A stretch of DNA of 64,000 bases from Macrostomum lignano (taxonomy: Eukaryota). The stretch's first letter is position 1, and each line of letters begins with the position of its first letter. The notes under the pieces were generated by a model. The model was not told the DNA's origin. It did no database searches and saw only the letters and a program-made list of their open reading frames with translations. Both the position numbers and the translations under genes were made by a program. Location: the NCBI GenBank assembly GCA_002269645.1, contig NIVC01000016.1:744001-808000 (forward strand), read 5' to 3'. This document shows positions 11,105 through 31,100 of the stretch, in pieces.

Positions 11105-12539
11105 GTGAGTGAGTCTGTGACACCTGGATGATCAGAGTTTACGCTCCTGATACGACGATGGTCCTACGATGGTCCTACGAACCACTCCTGATTCTGGTTG
11201 TCAGGAGTGGTTCGCTGACACTTCACAAGGTTTGGGGTTTTGTAATTATTGTTCTATTGGTTGTTAAGTAATTATTTCTTATCTCAATTGGATAACTAAA
11301 GTTTTCAGCTTGCTTTAATTATCAAATTTACTATTGCGAGTGTAGAATTCCAGTCGATAAAGTGGATCTAATCGATTTTTTACTATTTTCGTCAGTGATT
11401 TATTTTGCTACTCGTTTGTTTTTACTTGAAGTAGTTAGTATCGTTGTTAATAAGTATATGGTAACAATTTAAAGTTGTTTTTACACTATGTACTAATTTT
11501 TGAAAGCATTGACTCACTATATTTTAACAAACTAAATTGAATATCCAGAAGCTTTATCATAGCCGAGTGCCCATCTTGACCTGCAGATTATAGAATTCAG
11601 TCAGGGACAGTTGAAGGTCACCCTCTGATGTCCTATATACTTTGCATGCGTTAGATAATATTGTTTATTTTTTCACTTCACTGCGTTTTTATAACCTGCT
11701 CCGTCTTGTCATGTACAAATCTATTTCCTTAGTACTCAAGACTGCAAGGCTCTGTGAGCTTTCTGTGTTCCGTAAATTACTTTTTTTGACGACTTAACAG
11801 AGCAGATAACAAGAATATTTTTTGACACGTTTAAAGCTCGGTAATGTGTTTTATATTATAACCATTCGGCAGATTTTTAGTTCGTATGCTTCAAGCAAGG
11901 TGTACAAAGTTTTGGTATCTGGTTTCGGGTCTTGCCAGCGGGCAGTGTATATAGTGCTTTTTGGAATCCATTTTTCTGTGTTTAGTTACTACTATTAGAC
12001 TGCAGCCAGTCTCCGGCAACATCATCGGTAAATCTACTGCAAATATTATAATCGTAAATTACTATTAGTTGTAGCTTGTTTTTCTTCTGCACATATGAGT
12101 AAATATACTGTCTATTGATAATCATGTACAAAGAACCACAACCATGCATTATTATAATCCACAAGCATTTGTCTCTGACGTTCGTTCTTGCTGAACATGC
12201 TTCGGTTTTATCTGAACAGATAAAACTGAGGCCGAAATGATTTATTTAGCAGAAAAAAATTTGCCTGTAAATGACGTAACTTAATAGATGACTTTAGTAA
12301 TGCCTTGGACCAGTCAGTCCCTTGGGTAAATAGCGGTTAGCGGTAAGTCATTTTTACGACGTATATGACCCAATTATCCGAACCCCACAGACGACTGTAA
12401 AGCGAGCTCAATGAAACTCAAAATTTAGTCCGTACTTCCAGTCCACAGACAGGCTCAGACGTCCATGGCTTAACAGTCCGGATCGTATTTTTAGTTATTT
12501 AGCTACTACACCCCAGAATAGTGGACTGTATTATTAGAT

Positions 12540-12794
12540 TTAAGCGCTCGCAGTGACTGCGCTGCCAATGCCAAGCTGAGCGGCGCCAACAACCAGCCTG
12601 TTCAGGTCCGCCTCCTCGAATATGACTCTGATGATCAGTGAGCAGGACGGGCACTTGGCCACGTCCTCGCCGCCTTCCAGCTCCTCCAGGCTGATCTCGA
12701 ACTGGTCGCCGCACGGGCACGGATAGTAGAACTTGGCCTCGTCCTGGCACCACTCCATGTCCTCAATCTCGATCTCGTCGTGGTACACTGACAT
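12540..12794 (-). CDS. DPH3: Diphthamide biosynthesis protein 3 (DPH3/KTI11, CSL zinc finger), 84 aa, intronless
   Basis: [13 protein letters not shown]...[13 protein letters not shown]...[17 protein letters not shown] is the hallmark CSL zinc-finger sequence. Confidence 0.95.
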   Translation of the reverse strand: MSVYHDEIEIEDMEWCQDEAKFYYPCPCGDQFEISLEELEGGEDVAKCPSCSLIIRVIFEEADLNRLVVGAAQLGIGSAVTASA

Positions 12795-13214
12795 CTTGAT
12801 CCTTTAGTTTTCTGTAGTATTTTTTATATGCTGTTTTATTTAACGCGCAAACACGCGAACTAAGACGGTGCTTTGTTTGCTTTAGCTCATGCATAAAATA
12901 GAGAAGATATGGAATGCTATTTATGTACGAGTCTTTGTTGCCAGAACAGTAGCGCAAACATTGTGCTATATAGAATTAAAAAACAGTTTAAAAAACAAGA
13001 TGCGTACAAGAGTATTTCGAATATTAATAATTTTGCTAAACATTCATAATTAAAGTGTGGCTCCATTAAAATGCAAGTCACTGTTTGGCTATGAACTACA
13101 ATACGGGAAGAATATCTACATAGTATGACTGTGACATCTTGCTAATGCCAATGCCAATCCTATACATACTACAGCGTGACAGCCTATTTCCAAACCGTCC
13201 GCTATACTCAATTC

Positions 13215-13797
13215 CATCCCAGCTACCATCCTACAACCTCCGCTACCATTCCACACCCTCCGCTACCATCCCACATCCTCCGCTACCATCCCACATACTC
13301 CGCTACCATCCCACAACCTCCGCTACCATCCCACAACCTCCGCTACCATCCCACAACCTCCGCTACCATCCCACATCCTCCGCTACCATCCCACATCCTC
13401 CGCTACCATCCCACAACCTCCGCTACCATCCCACAACCTCCGCTACCATCCCACAACCTCCGCTACCATCCCACAACCTCAGCTACCATCCCACAACCTC
13501 CGCTACCATCCCACAACCTCAGCTACCATCCCACAACCTCCGCTACCATCCCACAACCTCAGCTACCATCCCACAACCTCCGCTACCATCCCACAACCTC
13601 AGCTACCATCCCACAACCTCAGCTACCATCCCACAACCTCAGCTACCATCCCACAACCTCAGCTACCATCCCACAACCTCCGCTACCATCCCACAACCTC
13701 AGCTACCATCCCACAACCTCCGCTACCATCCCACAACCTCAGCTACCATCCCACAACCTCCGCTACCATCCCACAACCTCAGCTACTATCCCACAAC
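13215..13797. repeat. 20-bp minisatellite (C/A)GCTACCATCCCACAACCTC, about 28 copies
   Basis: Tandem array between the orphan ORF stop and the DPH3 start. Confidence 0.95.
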
Positions 13798-13849
13798 CCT
13801 CGGCTTCTCCCGAGACACGGCAGCAGTCTGCATCTCCAAAACAAGCAGC

Positions 13850-14599
13850 TCAACTCCCAGCTGGAGCTCTCCGCAGGCAGGACGCAAATACCGGCAGGCG
13901 CCAGCGCCGGCGCGCCCAAGCCGTGTCCAATATGGCGCCTTTTGCCGCCTGGCCGATTAGAAACGCGCCTAGCATTAGCGCCAACTGCGGCGGCGCGGCG
14001 TACACGGCGCCAATAGCGCCGGAGGCAAGAAAATATGGCGCCGAGGAGGCCAGAGCGGCTAATTGGACGGCGCGCGGATAGTGCGGGCAGACCAGATGCG
14101 CCGACTGCAGGCCGGTCAGCCTGGCCAGACGGAACGGTCGCCAGAACGCGGTGGCCCCAACAGCCAGGGCCAGGACTGCCTGACTGTCCAGGCTCAGCAC
14201 CGGTTCCACCAACAGCTGCACGGCGACGGCGGCCGTCGAGACGGCGACAGCCCGACAGCCGACGTGCAGCAGCACGGCGTAGCCGGCGCGGCGAGTGAAC
14301 CCGGCCCAGTGCCGCTCGCAGTCCTGCAGGCGACGCCGGTAGGCGCTCAGATTTTTTATTCGATGCGCGTCGACGCAGTCGGCAAAAGCGGCGACACCGC
14401 CAGTTAGGTGGGCGCAGCGGGCGGTCAATTCGCGACGCGTGACGGCTGCCCACGGCGGCGTCAGGCAGGCGGCAGCGCCGGCCAGGACGCAGAGACCGGC
14501 GTTGAGGGCCGCATCGCCGGAGAACAACCGATGGAAGCGGCAAGGGGTGCTGAGGCGGCTGTGTCGACAGCGGGCCACCAAGGTTGCTGTGGCAAGCAT
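13850..14599 (-). CDS. Uncharacterised multi-pass membrane protein, 249 aa, intronless, Arg-rich N-terminus (possible mitochondrial presequence)
   Basis: ATG-initiated ORF in a GC-rich coding-like island, with a TTTCAG acceptor 31 nt upstream (plus 14631-14636). It has several Ala/Leu/Val-rich hydrophobic segments. No family was recognised. Confidence 0.6.
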   Translation of the reverse strand: MLATATLVARCRHSRLSTPCRFHRLFSGDAALNAGLCVLAGAAACLTPPWAAVTRRELTARCAHLTGGVAAFADCVDAHRIKNLSAYRRRLQDCERHWAGFTRRAGYAVLLHVGCRAVAVSTAAVAVQLLVEPVLSLDSQAVLALAVGATAFWRPFRLARLTGLQSAHLVCPHYPRAVQLAALASSAPYFLASGAIGAVYAAPPQLALMLGAFLIGQAAKGAILDTAWARRRWRLPVFASCLRRAPAGS

Positions 14600-14974
14600 T
14601 ATAACTGGCGGCGGTTTTGCAATACTACTACTGAAAGTAGCGTTGTAATGCGAATTTGTCTATATTTTTCGGGAGCAAAGAGGACTTAAAAATTCACAAT
14701 TTACTCATCTGAGGCAAATCTATGGAAAATTTTAATAAAGAATAAAGAAACCAATTTTCACGAAGCTTCTAAGATCATTTTAATATAACTACGTATAAAA
14801 AGACACACAGTTTTCAAATTGCTCCAATTCAAAGCTTGAACACTGACAAATTTTCACTAGCAAGTTTTACAAAAGACAATATTGAAAAGGTAAAAGGTGC
14901 GAGTAACTATTTTTTAATTGTCATAAAAATGCTTCGTCATCTAATTAGCGCTTTAATTTTGCAGCTCGGTATTT

Positions 14975-16171
14975 TTAATTCTTTCCAGATGACTCTTTGC
15001 GATCGCTGACCCCGGAACTCTGCTGCTGCTGCTGCTGCTGCTGCCGCTGGTCGCGCAGATTCCGCATCTGTTCCTCCATCACGCGCGGCATTTCGGAGCC
15101 GCGCTTGGCGTCGAAAATTTCACGAAATTCCGCTAAAGGATTGGCGCCGGCGCCGGAGAAGGCCCGGCCGATGTTCACCTGCGGGATGTTCAGCGCCTTG
15201 GCGACGGCTGGTCGCTTCAACAGCGTACCCTGCGCCAGCGATAGCACGTTGTTTAACGACCAAAAGTACACAACGGCCGCGCTAAAGTGCATAGCCAGAG
15301 GCAGGGCAACCAGCGGCAGGCCAAACAGCAGAGTTTTAGTGAACTTTGAGCCGGGAAGTTTGTTTAACTGAGGCATCTCCGAGCCAGTCAGCAGCATAGC
15401 ATAGGTGGTTGCTATGCTCAGCACTGGCAGGCCTAGGTACGGATCCGGCAAGGTGAGGTCAGCAAACCAGAAGGCGCCGCCGGACTCCAGACTGGGCAAG
15501 CCGCTGGTGGACAGCCGGTTCAACGCGTAGAAAGTGCTGCCAAACACGGGCAGGAAGGCCAGCAACGGGCAGGCCATGACGCGTTTCAGCAGCGGCAAAG
15601 TCTGCTTGTGCATCTGGTCAGTTAGCTGCTTCTGCAGCCATTCGGCCTCCTCCATTCGGCCAGATTTCACCGCCTGCAGCAGCGTCGCTGTCTGGGTTTG
15701 CTGCGACGACAGGGCGTTAATGTAGAGATTACAGTTGCGCCTGTGCATCACCATGACGGGGAACAGGAGAATGCGTGCGCTGACTACGAATGCCGTGATG
15801 CCGGCCCACCAGGGCAGCTCGGCTGAGCAGTGAAGCCATTCCAGAGTGCGCTGGACCAGATCGGCTGGCCACGCGCTGGTGGCCAATCCCAGCTCGGCCA
15901 GGCTGGGATCAACGCCTGCCGAAATCTTGGCGTTCACCAGGCCCTCAGGAGCAGGTAGGTAGACACCAAGCTGAGTCTCCGACAGCACCCCTGCCGCGGC
16001 GCTGGTAGTGGTAGAATTCCCAGTTGCTAGGTTACGCTGAAAGCAGATTCTGCTACAATGAGGAAGCCGCTTGGAAGTCTGCAGTAGCAGTCTGCAGCCT
16101 GGCAGTGCTGCTGGCCGACAGGCAGCCGCTGCCACCAAATAGCAGCTGGTGGAGGCCACTCGTGACTGCAT
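14975..16171 (-). CDS. OXA1L: Mitochondrial inner membrane insertase OXA1L (YidC/Oxa1/Alb3 family), 398 aa, intronless
   Basis: Presequence-like N-terminus, LPWWAGI...RILLFP, GGAFWFADLTLPDPYLGLP, and AAVVYFWSLNNVLSLAQ..LK.PAV..ALNIP are typical Oxa1 motifs. The charged C-terminal tail favours Oxa1 over Cox18. Confidence 0.9.
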   Translation of the reverse strand: MQSRVASTSCYLVAAAACRPAALPGCRLLLQTSKRLPHCSRICFQRNLATGNSTTTSAAAGVLSETQLGVYLPAPEGLVNAKISAGVDPSLAELGLATSAWPADLVQRTLEWLHCSAELPWWAGITAFVVSARILLFPVMVMHRRNCNLYINALSSQQTQTATLLQAVKSGRMEEAEWLQKQLTDQMHKQTLPLLKRVMACPLLAFLPVFGSTFYALNRLSTSGLPSLESGGAFWFADLTLPDPYLGLPVLSIATTYAMLLTGSEMPQLNKLPGSKFTKTLLFGLPLVALPLAMHFSAAVVYFWSLNNVLSLAQGTLLKRPAVAKALNIPQVNIGRAFSGAGANPLAEFREIFDAKRGSEMPRVMEEQMRNLRDQRQQQQQQQQSSGVSDRKESSGKN

Positions 16172-19157
16172 CGGGCAAAAATTTGTTTATCATATTGTAG
16201 ACAGGGGTTAAGAGTGAGGCATCGAATTCATAGAAGATATTTTTAATATTTCATCATCCCAAAAAACCTGGGATGTTGGTCCCATCTAAATAACCCTCAC
16301 CACCACTAATGATAATTCAATATTATAAATACATTTTATAGCATGTAAAAACCATGTATGGGTTAAAAAATTCTAGGACAAATTGATATGCTTTATTGTA
16401 GGGTTTGAAATAATGGTTCATGCTAAATTCTAATGTTAGGCTGTTACAAATAACACTAATTGTAAAATAATATAGTATTAAGTACAAATTAGAGATAGAT
16501 AGAATTTCAATTCCAATTTCCCATTTTTTTAAATTGCATGGAGAAAAAGATAAAGATGCCACAAAAATTAGAATGATATAAGATAATTAGACCTACACTA
16601 AGAGAGAGATTAGGGACAAAAGAATAGAGAGGAAATAGAAAGGCTAAAAAGAAAGGAGACAGAAAAAAGAGGGAAAGTAAATCTTAGACTTGATAAACAC
16701 AAAGAAACAAATGCCAAAACAATGTTGCAATGGTGACTAGACTAAAGTTTAGACCTATAGACTAAAACAAACTTTAAATTCCCTTTGCTTGCCTATCAGG
16801 ATTTTGTACAATATGCTTTTTAGATCCATAAATCCCTTATAGGCTAAGTAAAGTGCCTGGGATATCAACAAATAGCAATGTATATCCTATCCTTGCTTTT
16901 ATTGGTTCTTAGTTCCCAGCTATTTCTTTGATGGTCTTACTCTTAGTCTAAATATCTGCATATCTAAGTTCTACATATCCCATAAAGTTTGTATAGTATA
17001 TATCATGTCTCTAACTTTATCTAGTCTTTTTGGTTTAGATTTTGAGCCTTCTAGATGTATTAGGCCTACCTTACAAATCAAGATTTATCCTTTTAAACTA
17101 GCCTATATCAAATAATTCAATATACAAATTATTTTACTACAACTGACTTGAATTAATAATGATTTTATGAATTTCAATTTCAATTTAAAATGTCAAAAAA
17201 CTCTATTTTAATTATGATTAAAAAATCAGTTTTGATTGCCATTTGGGAATTTAAAGACTAGGGCAACTAAATTATAGGCCTAATATTATTTATTATAATT
17301 TAATCATTATTCATTATGCTATAAAAGGTAAACTATAGGCCCTATTACTTGAAAATTTAGCAAAATAAAAATATGCAAACTAAAAAAGGAAATTGTTAAA
17401 AAAACATAATAGGCCCCCCTCTCTAGGCTAGCATAACTAGAAATTTGTTAAGGGGGTAGATTATGGAGAGTAAAAACCCAAAGGAATGGCTTTTTTGGCA
17501 AACATTTGCTTGGTCCTACCTTAGATTTTTTATGTTCCTAATTCTATCTAATAAGAGAGCAACTATCTCTCTAAGCCTAGTTGCACTAGTAGGCCTACTA
17601 AAAATAATAAAAAACATTTTATTAAAATATCCATCTCCAAAGACCAAAGGTTGGCCCTAGGTAATTAGGGCCTAGTTTATATTGATATAACTAATATATT
17701 TATTTAATTATAAATATGCCATGCATTTGCCAAAGCATAGCTTTGCAATGAGCTTATATACCTTTAATCTAGTTTATATAAATGGGTAAGTAAGTATTAT
17801 AGATAAAAGGCCTTATGAAATAAATTAACTAAAGAAATTAAACTATAGCCTATAGACCTATGTCGACTAGAGCCTGCCAGCAAAATAACTGAAAGCCTTT
17901 GTCCTAATTACCTAATACAAATTATAAAGCCATTTGATTAAAAAATAATTGAATTAAAATGAATTTCAATTTCAATTAAAGTATATGTTTAATGGCGCAA
18001 ATAGGTGTCGAGATGTGGCCACTGCTTTTGGAAAGGCCTAGGCCCTAGTTAATATTAGGTTGCCCCCCCCCAAAGCTGTTATCTGTGTGGCCTGTGGGTA
18101 TTATTACTGTCATTGTCTATGACAATGTGCCAGATTCCACTCAAAGAAATACTTGTAAAGTCTCTCATCCAGTTTGTTAAGGGCCTTAGCAAAGGGATAC
18201 AAAAGTATTAAAAGCTTTGATTTAATTTGAACAAATTGAACGCTAGGTCTTGATCGTGAATGAATTGCACCATTTTCATAATTGTTGTTGTTTGTCGTCG
18301 TTGTTGTCAGCACCAGTCATCTGTCATATGACAAAATCTAAATTAATACCTTTTCATTCTGCGTTTTTAGAAGCGATCAACTGTCGTATTTAAAAGGGAG
18401 TGATTCCTACTTTTAAAGTGAAGCACTAATAAAAGTAGGAATAAAAATAAGAAAAAATCTTATTTTGTTATACAGTACCACGGAATTTTTGTATAAAAAT
18501 TAAATTGCACACTTTTCTTGGAAACTACTTTCAATATTGTCTCTTAATTGACAACAAATCATATCGATCTATTTAAAAAATATTTTCTTTGAAATCGTAA
18601 GTGACTTAAAGTAAGGAGTCAATTAATATAAACCAACTAAAAATTGATATTTTTAATCCATAAAAGTTTTGAAGAGTTTAATATATATAAAGTGAAGATA
18701 ATGCAGTACTAATTTCGAGCTACAATTACAAAAGCTGATTTGTTCTGATACCAGTGATACATCATTTCAAAAGATATCTAGTAATGTGTTATGGTACTAA
18801 TCACTAGTTTTCTACAATATAAAATAATAACTTTAACATTTTAAATTTTCATCTGAACACAATAGTTGCCATACAACATTACATTATTTAAAATTTGTCT
18901 TAAAAATTAAGTTCTAAGTCTAAACTTTAGGCTTTATCAAATATTTGATTATTTTGTTGAAAATCTATTATTTTTTAAATTTTTACTAGTAGGTGCAATA
19001 AAATGGTGCAATTAATCGTTTAAATGGTGCAATTAAGTTATTAAGTTATATAACTTAGGAGTTTAGTATACAATTTTTATATAGTTTTATACAAATAAAT
19101 TTAACTTTCCAAAACTTCAGCAATTTTAACCCTTATGACCTAATTCATCCTGGCATA

Positions 19158-26476
<7,319 letters not shown>

Positions 26477-28138
26477 GGCCAGAGTTACCCGCCACCGTTA
26501 GTCAGAGAACCTTAATTAATCAGTTGCTATTACGTTTTCTTGCGATATTTTATTGATTTTCAAGCTGGTTTTGTGCCAGCCATTGACTGGGTGACACTGA
26601 CCTACCAGCTGACCTACCGTAAATGCCTTGAAAAACTCGTCTTGAAGCGGATGTAATCAAGCATCGCAATTTTATTTTTATTCTAAAGAGAATAAAGCGC
26701 TGCTTTTTACTTTTCCGTATTCGGCGTCTGCGATTTTCAGCCAAATTTGCTCCGAAACAGCTGCTGGACCATTGCACTGATGTAGTTACTCTGAATGCTG
26801 CTATTTGGCAGAATTATTAACGGATAATATCCTATCATATCATGCGAATCTCCCAGCATAGCCAGTAGTAGATTGCTAAATCCATTCATTTCTCAGCCCA
26901 TTGCTCAAATTTGCGACTTATTTGCGCAGAGAGTTTGTTGTAAATTGCTTGCTTTATTTCTATCTGGCGTTGTTTCCTAAAATTTCATACTTTGTGATAC
27001 TGTTAGTAGGCAGTAAGGGACATGACTGTTTTCCGTATGCGTAGTTATGAATGAAAAAAATAATCCATCATTCGATTTTTTAGTGTTTAAATGAGGCTGT
27101 GCTTTTTAGATTGTTTAAGTTATTTAAAAAACCGTTCCTGGCTACTAGAAGTAGTTGCACTCCAACAAAATGCTTTTTTCAGTACTTTATAGTTTCTTTT
27201 ACTCGTTTTTGAACTCGGTTATCATTCGCATCCGTCAGCTTATCTGAATGCGTTCAATATTTATTGATTTTTTATTTGTTACTTCCAGTAATATAAATAG
27301 AAAATATGTTAAAACATCACTTTAAATTTTAGTGACAGATATGGCATTCGTGTAAAATATTTAGTGATTTTTTGTTTTAAAAAATTCTTAAAATGCAAAT
27401 TTAAAAGTAAATGTAAAGTGAATGAGAGATGTAACATAATTTGGGAATATATGGCAATTCATTTTGTAAAAGAAAATATGATCAATCTTCCACTGGATAT
27501 GAGTGTCGCCGCACTGTGTCTAATCAGCTTTTTAACCCCGCCACTCCACACCTACCCCCTATCCAACACCCACCCCATTCTGACACCCACCCCACTCCAA
27601 CACCCACCCCACTCTAACACTCACCCCATTCCGACATCCAACTCCAACACCCACCCCACTCTAACACCCACCCCATTCCGATACCCACCCCACTCCAACA
27701 CCCGCCCAACTCCAACACCCACCCCACTCCAACACCCAGGGTCGTCGCCAAGAGGGGGGGCAAGGGGGACAAGGCCCCCCACATAGAAGCTATGTACGGG
27801 GGGATATGCCAATGCTTTGTCCCCTACCCCACCTTGTGACCAGTTATGGAAATCAATAACTTTGCTTCAGGATGACAAAACATAGCGCCTGCGGCAACAA
27901 AATGAGTGCCTGCGGCGCTAAAATAAGCGCTGACAACACCGATTCTGAAAATAATGTTAAAGGAATTGAGTATGTACATGAACATATTGAATTCTTGGCT
28001 TTGTCCCCCCCCACCATAAAATCCATGGAGACGCCCCTGCCAACACCTACCCAACTCCAACACCCCCACTCTAACACCCACCTCACTCCAATATCCCACT
28101 GCAACAATGCTATTCCACTGCACTGACAGCAGCAAGTC

Positions 28139-31100
28139 CTAGGCGAGCGAGTCCGCGTTGACCATCCGCACTTTGACCTCCTTCTCCAGACGGAGAGTCA
28201 CACGCAGACCAGCGGGTGTCGCTTCAGTGATGGACTGGGTTCGAGGCACATTCTGAGGGAGATTTCGTCATTTTGTTATTGCATGTGGCGTTTCAAACTG
28301 ACTGGCACTCGGAGAGAGCCTGTCTCAGACTGACTGGCACTCGGAGAGAGAGCCTGTCTCAAACTGACTGGTACTCAGAGAGAGTCTGTCTAAAACTGAC
28401 TGGCACTCAGAGAGAGTCTGTCTAAAACTGACTGGCACTCGGAAAGAGCCGGTCTCAGACTGACTGGCACTCGAAAAGAGCCGGTCTCAGACTAACTGGC
28501 ACTCGGAGAGAGAGCCTGTCTCAGACTGACTGGCACTCGGAGAGAGCCTGTCTCAAACTGACTCACATTGACCTCCAGGAGGGCCAGCTGTGACTCGGGC
28601 AGCGCCGCCACCGCAGCCAGCAGCTGCAGCACGTCGGCCTCCCTAAACAGATTTCGGTTCAGCTTGACGGCGTGCAGTCGGCCGGGCTGTCGGCGAAGGC
28701 ACTGCAGCAGCTCCGGCGTGCTCAGGTGAGTGACGCGGCAGTTGTCCAGCTCCAGCACGCGCAGCCGGCTGGCGTCCGCGGTTGCCGCCTTCAGCAGCGC
28801 CGCCAGTCCGCGGTCCTCGGCGCCGTTACAGCTGCAGTTCAGCCGGCGCAGCTCCGAGTTGGCCTGTCGAGTGTGGGGGAGGGCAAAATGACTGATAAAT
28901 TATCCAAATTGCCGGAATTCCCCACTCTCCGAAATTCCAAATTCGAGGAATTCCCCAATCGAAGAATTTCTCTGCTCAAAAGAAATTCTGCACTAACCAA
29001 AATTTCCAATTCACGCAATTCCCCACTGACCAAAATTCCCAATTCAAGGAATTCCCCACTCGCCAAAAATTCTCAATTCAGGGAATTCCCCAATCCCAAA
29101 GTTCCTAATTCACGCAATTCCCCACTGACCATAATTCCCAATTCAAGGAATTCCCCACTCGCCAAAAATTCTCAATTCAGGGAATTCCCCAATCCCAAAG
29201 TTCCTAATTCAAGGAATTCCCCATGCACTCACTAAAATTCCCAATTCACGGAATTCCCCATGCACTCACTAAAATTCCCAATTCAAGGAATTCTCCACTC
29301 AAAGAAATTATTCCCCAATCGACAGAAGGAAATGCGCAAACGATTCACCAGTGTATTTTACGGCCGCCACCCTACTCCACCTTTAATGTACAAGCTATTA
29401 AATCCTTTGATGTTGCCGCCGCCTTATTTAAATAGCAGCCGCACGCTTTACTTTGTCTGCTACTTTATGAAAAATCTATTTTATGATAACACCTGATCAA
29501 TTATTGATTTAACTGGTTTTCTTTGATGTTGACCGACATTGATCTCAGGTGCGCTCGCACTCACAGCCAATCCGCTGGCCAGGGTGGCAAAGCAGGCGCT
29601 ATTAAAGGTGTTCCAAGACAGGTCCAGGTCAATCAGGTAGGCGTTCACTCGCAGAGCTTGGGCCAAAGCGGTGGCAGTTTGTGGTCCCAAATTGTTCCCG
29701 CTGATGTCAAGGTGCTCCAGGTGCTTGTCCCTCTGCGGGCATTGAAGTATGCAATTTACACTGATGATAGGCTGCAGCACAACCTCAAAGAGAATATCCT
29801 TTCTAACTTTCAATGTTGCTTTTAGTTCAGTTAGATTGTTTGCCTGAGATACGTCTCATTTTGTCTGCTTCTGTGTCTCAAGCTGTCTGTTTCTGTCTGT
29901 GTCCCAAGCTGTGTCTGTTTCTGTCTGTGTCCCAAGCTGTGTCTGTTTCTGTCTGTGTCCCAAGCTGTGTCTGTTTCTGTCTGTGTCCCAAGCTGTCTTT
30001 TACTGTCTGTGTCCCAAGCTGTGTCTGTTTCTGTCTGTGTCCCAAGCTGTCTTTTACTGTCTGTGTCCCAAGCTGTGTCTGTTTCTGTGTCCCAAGCTGT
30101 GTCTGTTTCTGTGTCCCAAGCTGTGTCTGTTTCTGTGTCCCAAGCTGTGTCTGTTTCTGTGTCCCAAGCTGTGTTTTTTTGTGTGTCCCAAGCTGTGTCT
30201 GTTTCTGTGTCCCAAGCTGTGTCTGTTTCTATGTCCCAAGCTGTGACTGCTTCTGTCTGTGTCCCAGCAGTGTCTGTTTCTGTCTGTGTCCCAAGCTGTC
30301 TTTTACTGTCTGTGTCCCAAGCTGTGTTTGTTTGTGTGTCCCAAGCTGTGTCTGTTTCTGTGTCCCAAGCTGTGTCTGTTTCTATGTCCCAAGCTGTGCC
30401 TGCTTCTGTCTGTGTCCCAGCAGTGTCTGTTTCTGTCTGTGTCCCAAGCTGTCTTTTACTGTCTGTGTCCCAAGCTGTGTTTGTTTGTGTGTCCCAAGCT
30501 GTGTCTGTTTCTGTGTCCCAAGCTGTGACTGCTTCTGTCTGTGTCCCAGCAGTGTCTGTTTCTGTCTGTGTCCTCTGTGTCCCAAGCTGTGCCTGCTTCT
30601 GTCTGTGTCCCAAGCTGTGACTGCTTCTGTCTGTGTCCCAAGCTGTGACTGCTTCTGTCTGTGTCCCAAGCTGTGACTGCTTCTCTAAACTTTCGATGCC
30701 TTCTCCGTCCTATGCTGTCCGGCTTGTACTGCGCCCACTCTTGACCCGCGGCCTCAAGAACGGTTATTGACATGATATATGCCTGCTTTATTGATAAAGA
30801 AGACCCCTCAGTCTTCTCCCACCAGAGACCGTGAGAAAGCTGCCCAGCAGGGCTCCGTCGCTGTCAGCCAGGCCGCAGCGGCTCAGCTTCATGCTCACTA
30901 GCGAGGCACCCTGGCTCAGCGCAGAGTGCAGAGTAGCGAAGGCCCGCCTGTAAGTCTGTTTTGGCTCAGATTCTGCAAACAGAAACGGCGTTGCAGTTGG
31001 TGAAAGTGATGCTTTAAACTACATGCTTGTAATTAAAATGCTATTTAATGAGCGGTTTTTATATCGTAGTTGCGTCTCCGGCACACTTTCAAAATGATGG

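Noticed and set aside
11104-11214. Selenocysteine readthrough of the ZFYVE1 TGA via a SECIS element
   Set aside because: The hairpin lacks the AUGA/GA quartet and apical AA, the protein is complete at the stop, and another in-frame stop follows shortly.
11982-12200. Possible fourth small minus-strand gene below DPH3
   Set aside because: Only short frames with no recognisable motif and no convincing splice model.
13779-14689. Alternative overlapping ORFs (254 aa -, 114/93/87 aa +)
   Set aside because: Arg/Pro-rich shadow frames of a GC-rich CDS.
12540-16171. Bacterial or horizontally acquired operon
   Set aside because: DPH3 and presequence-bearing OXA1L are eukaryotic genes, and the base composition matches neighbouring spliced exons.
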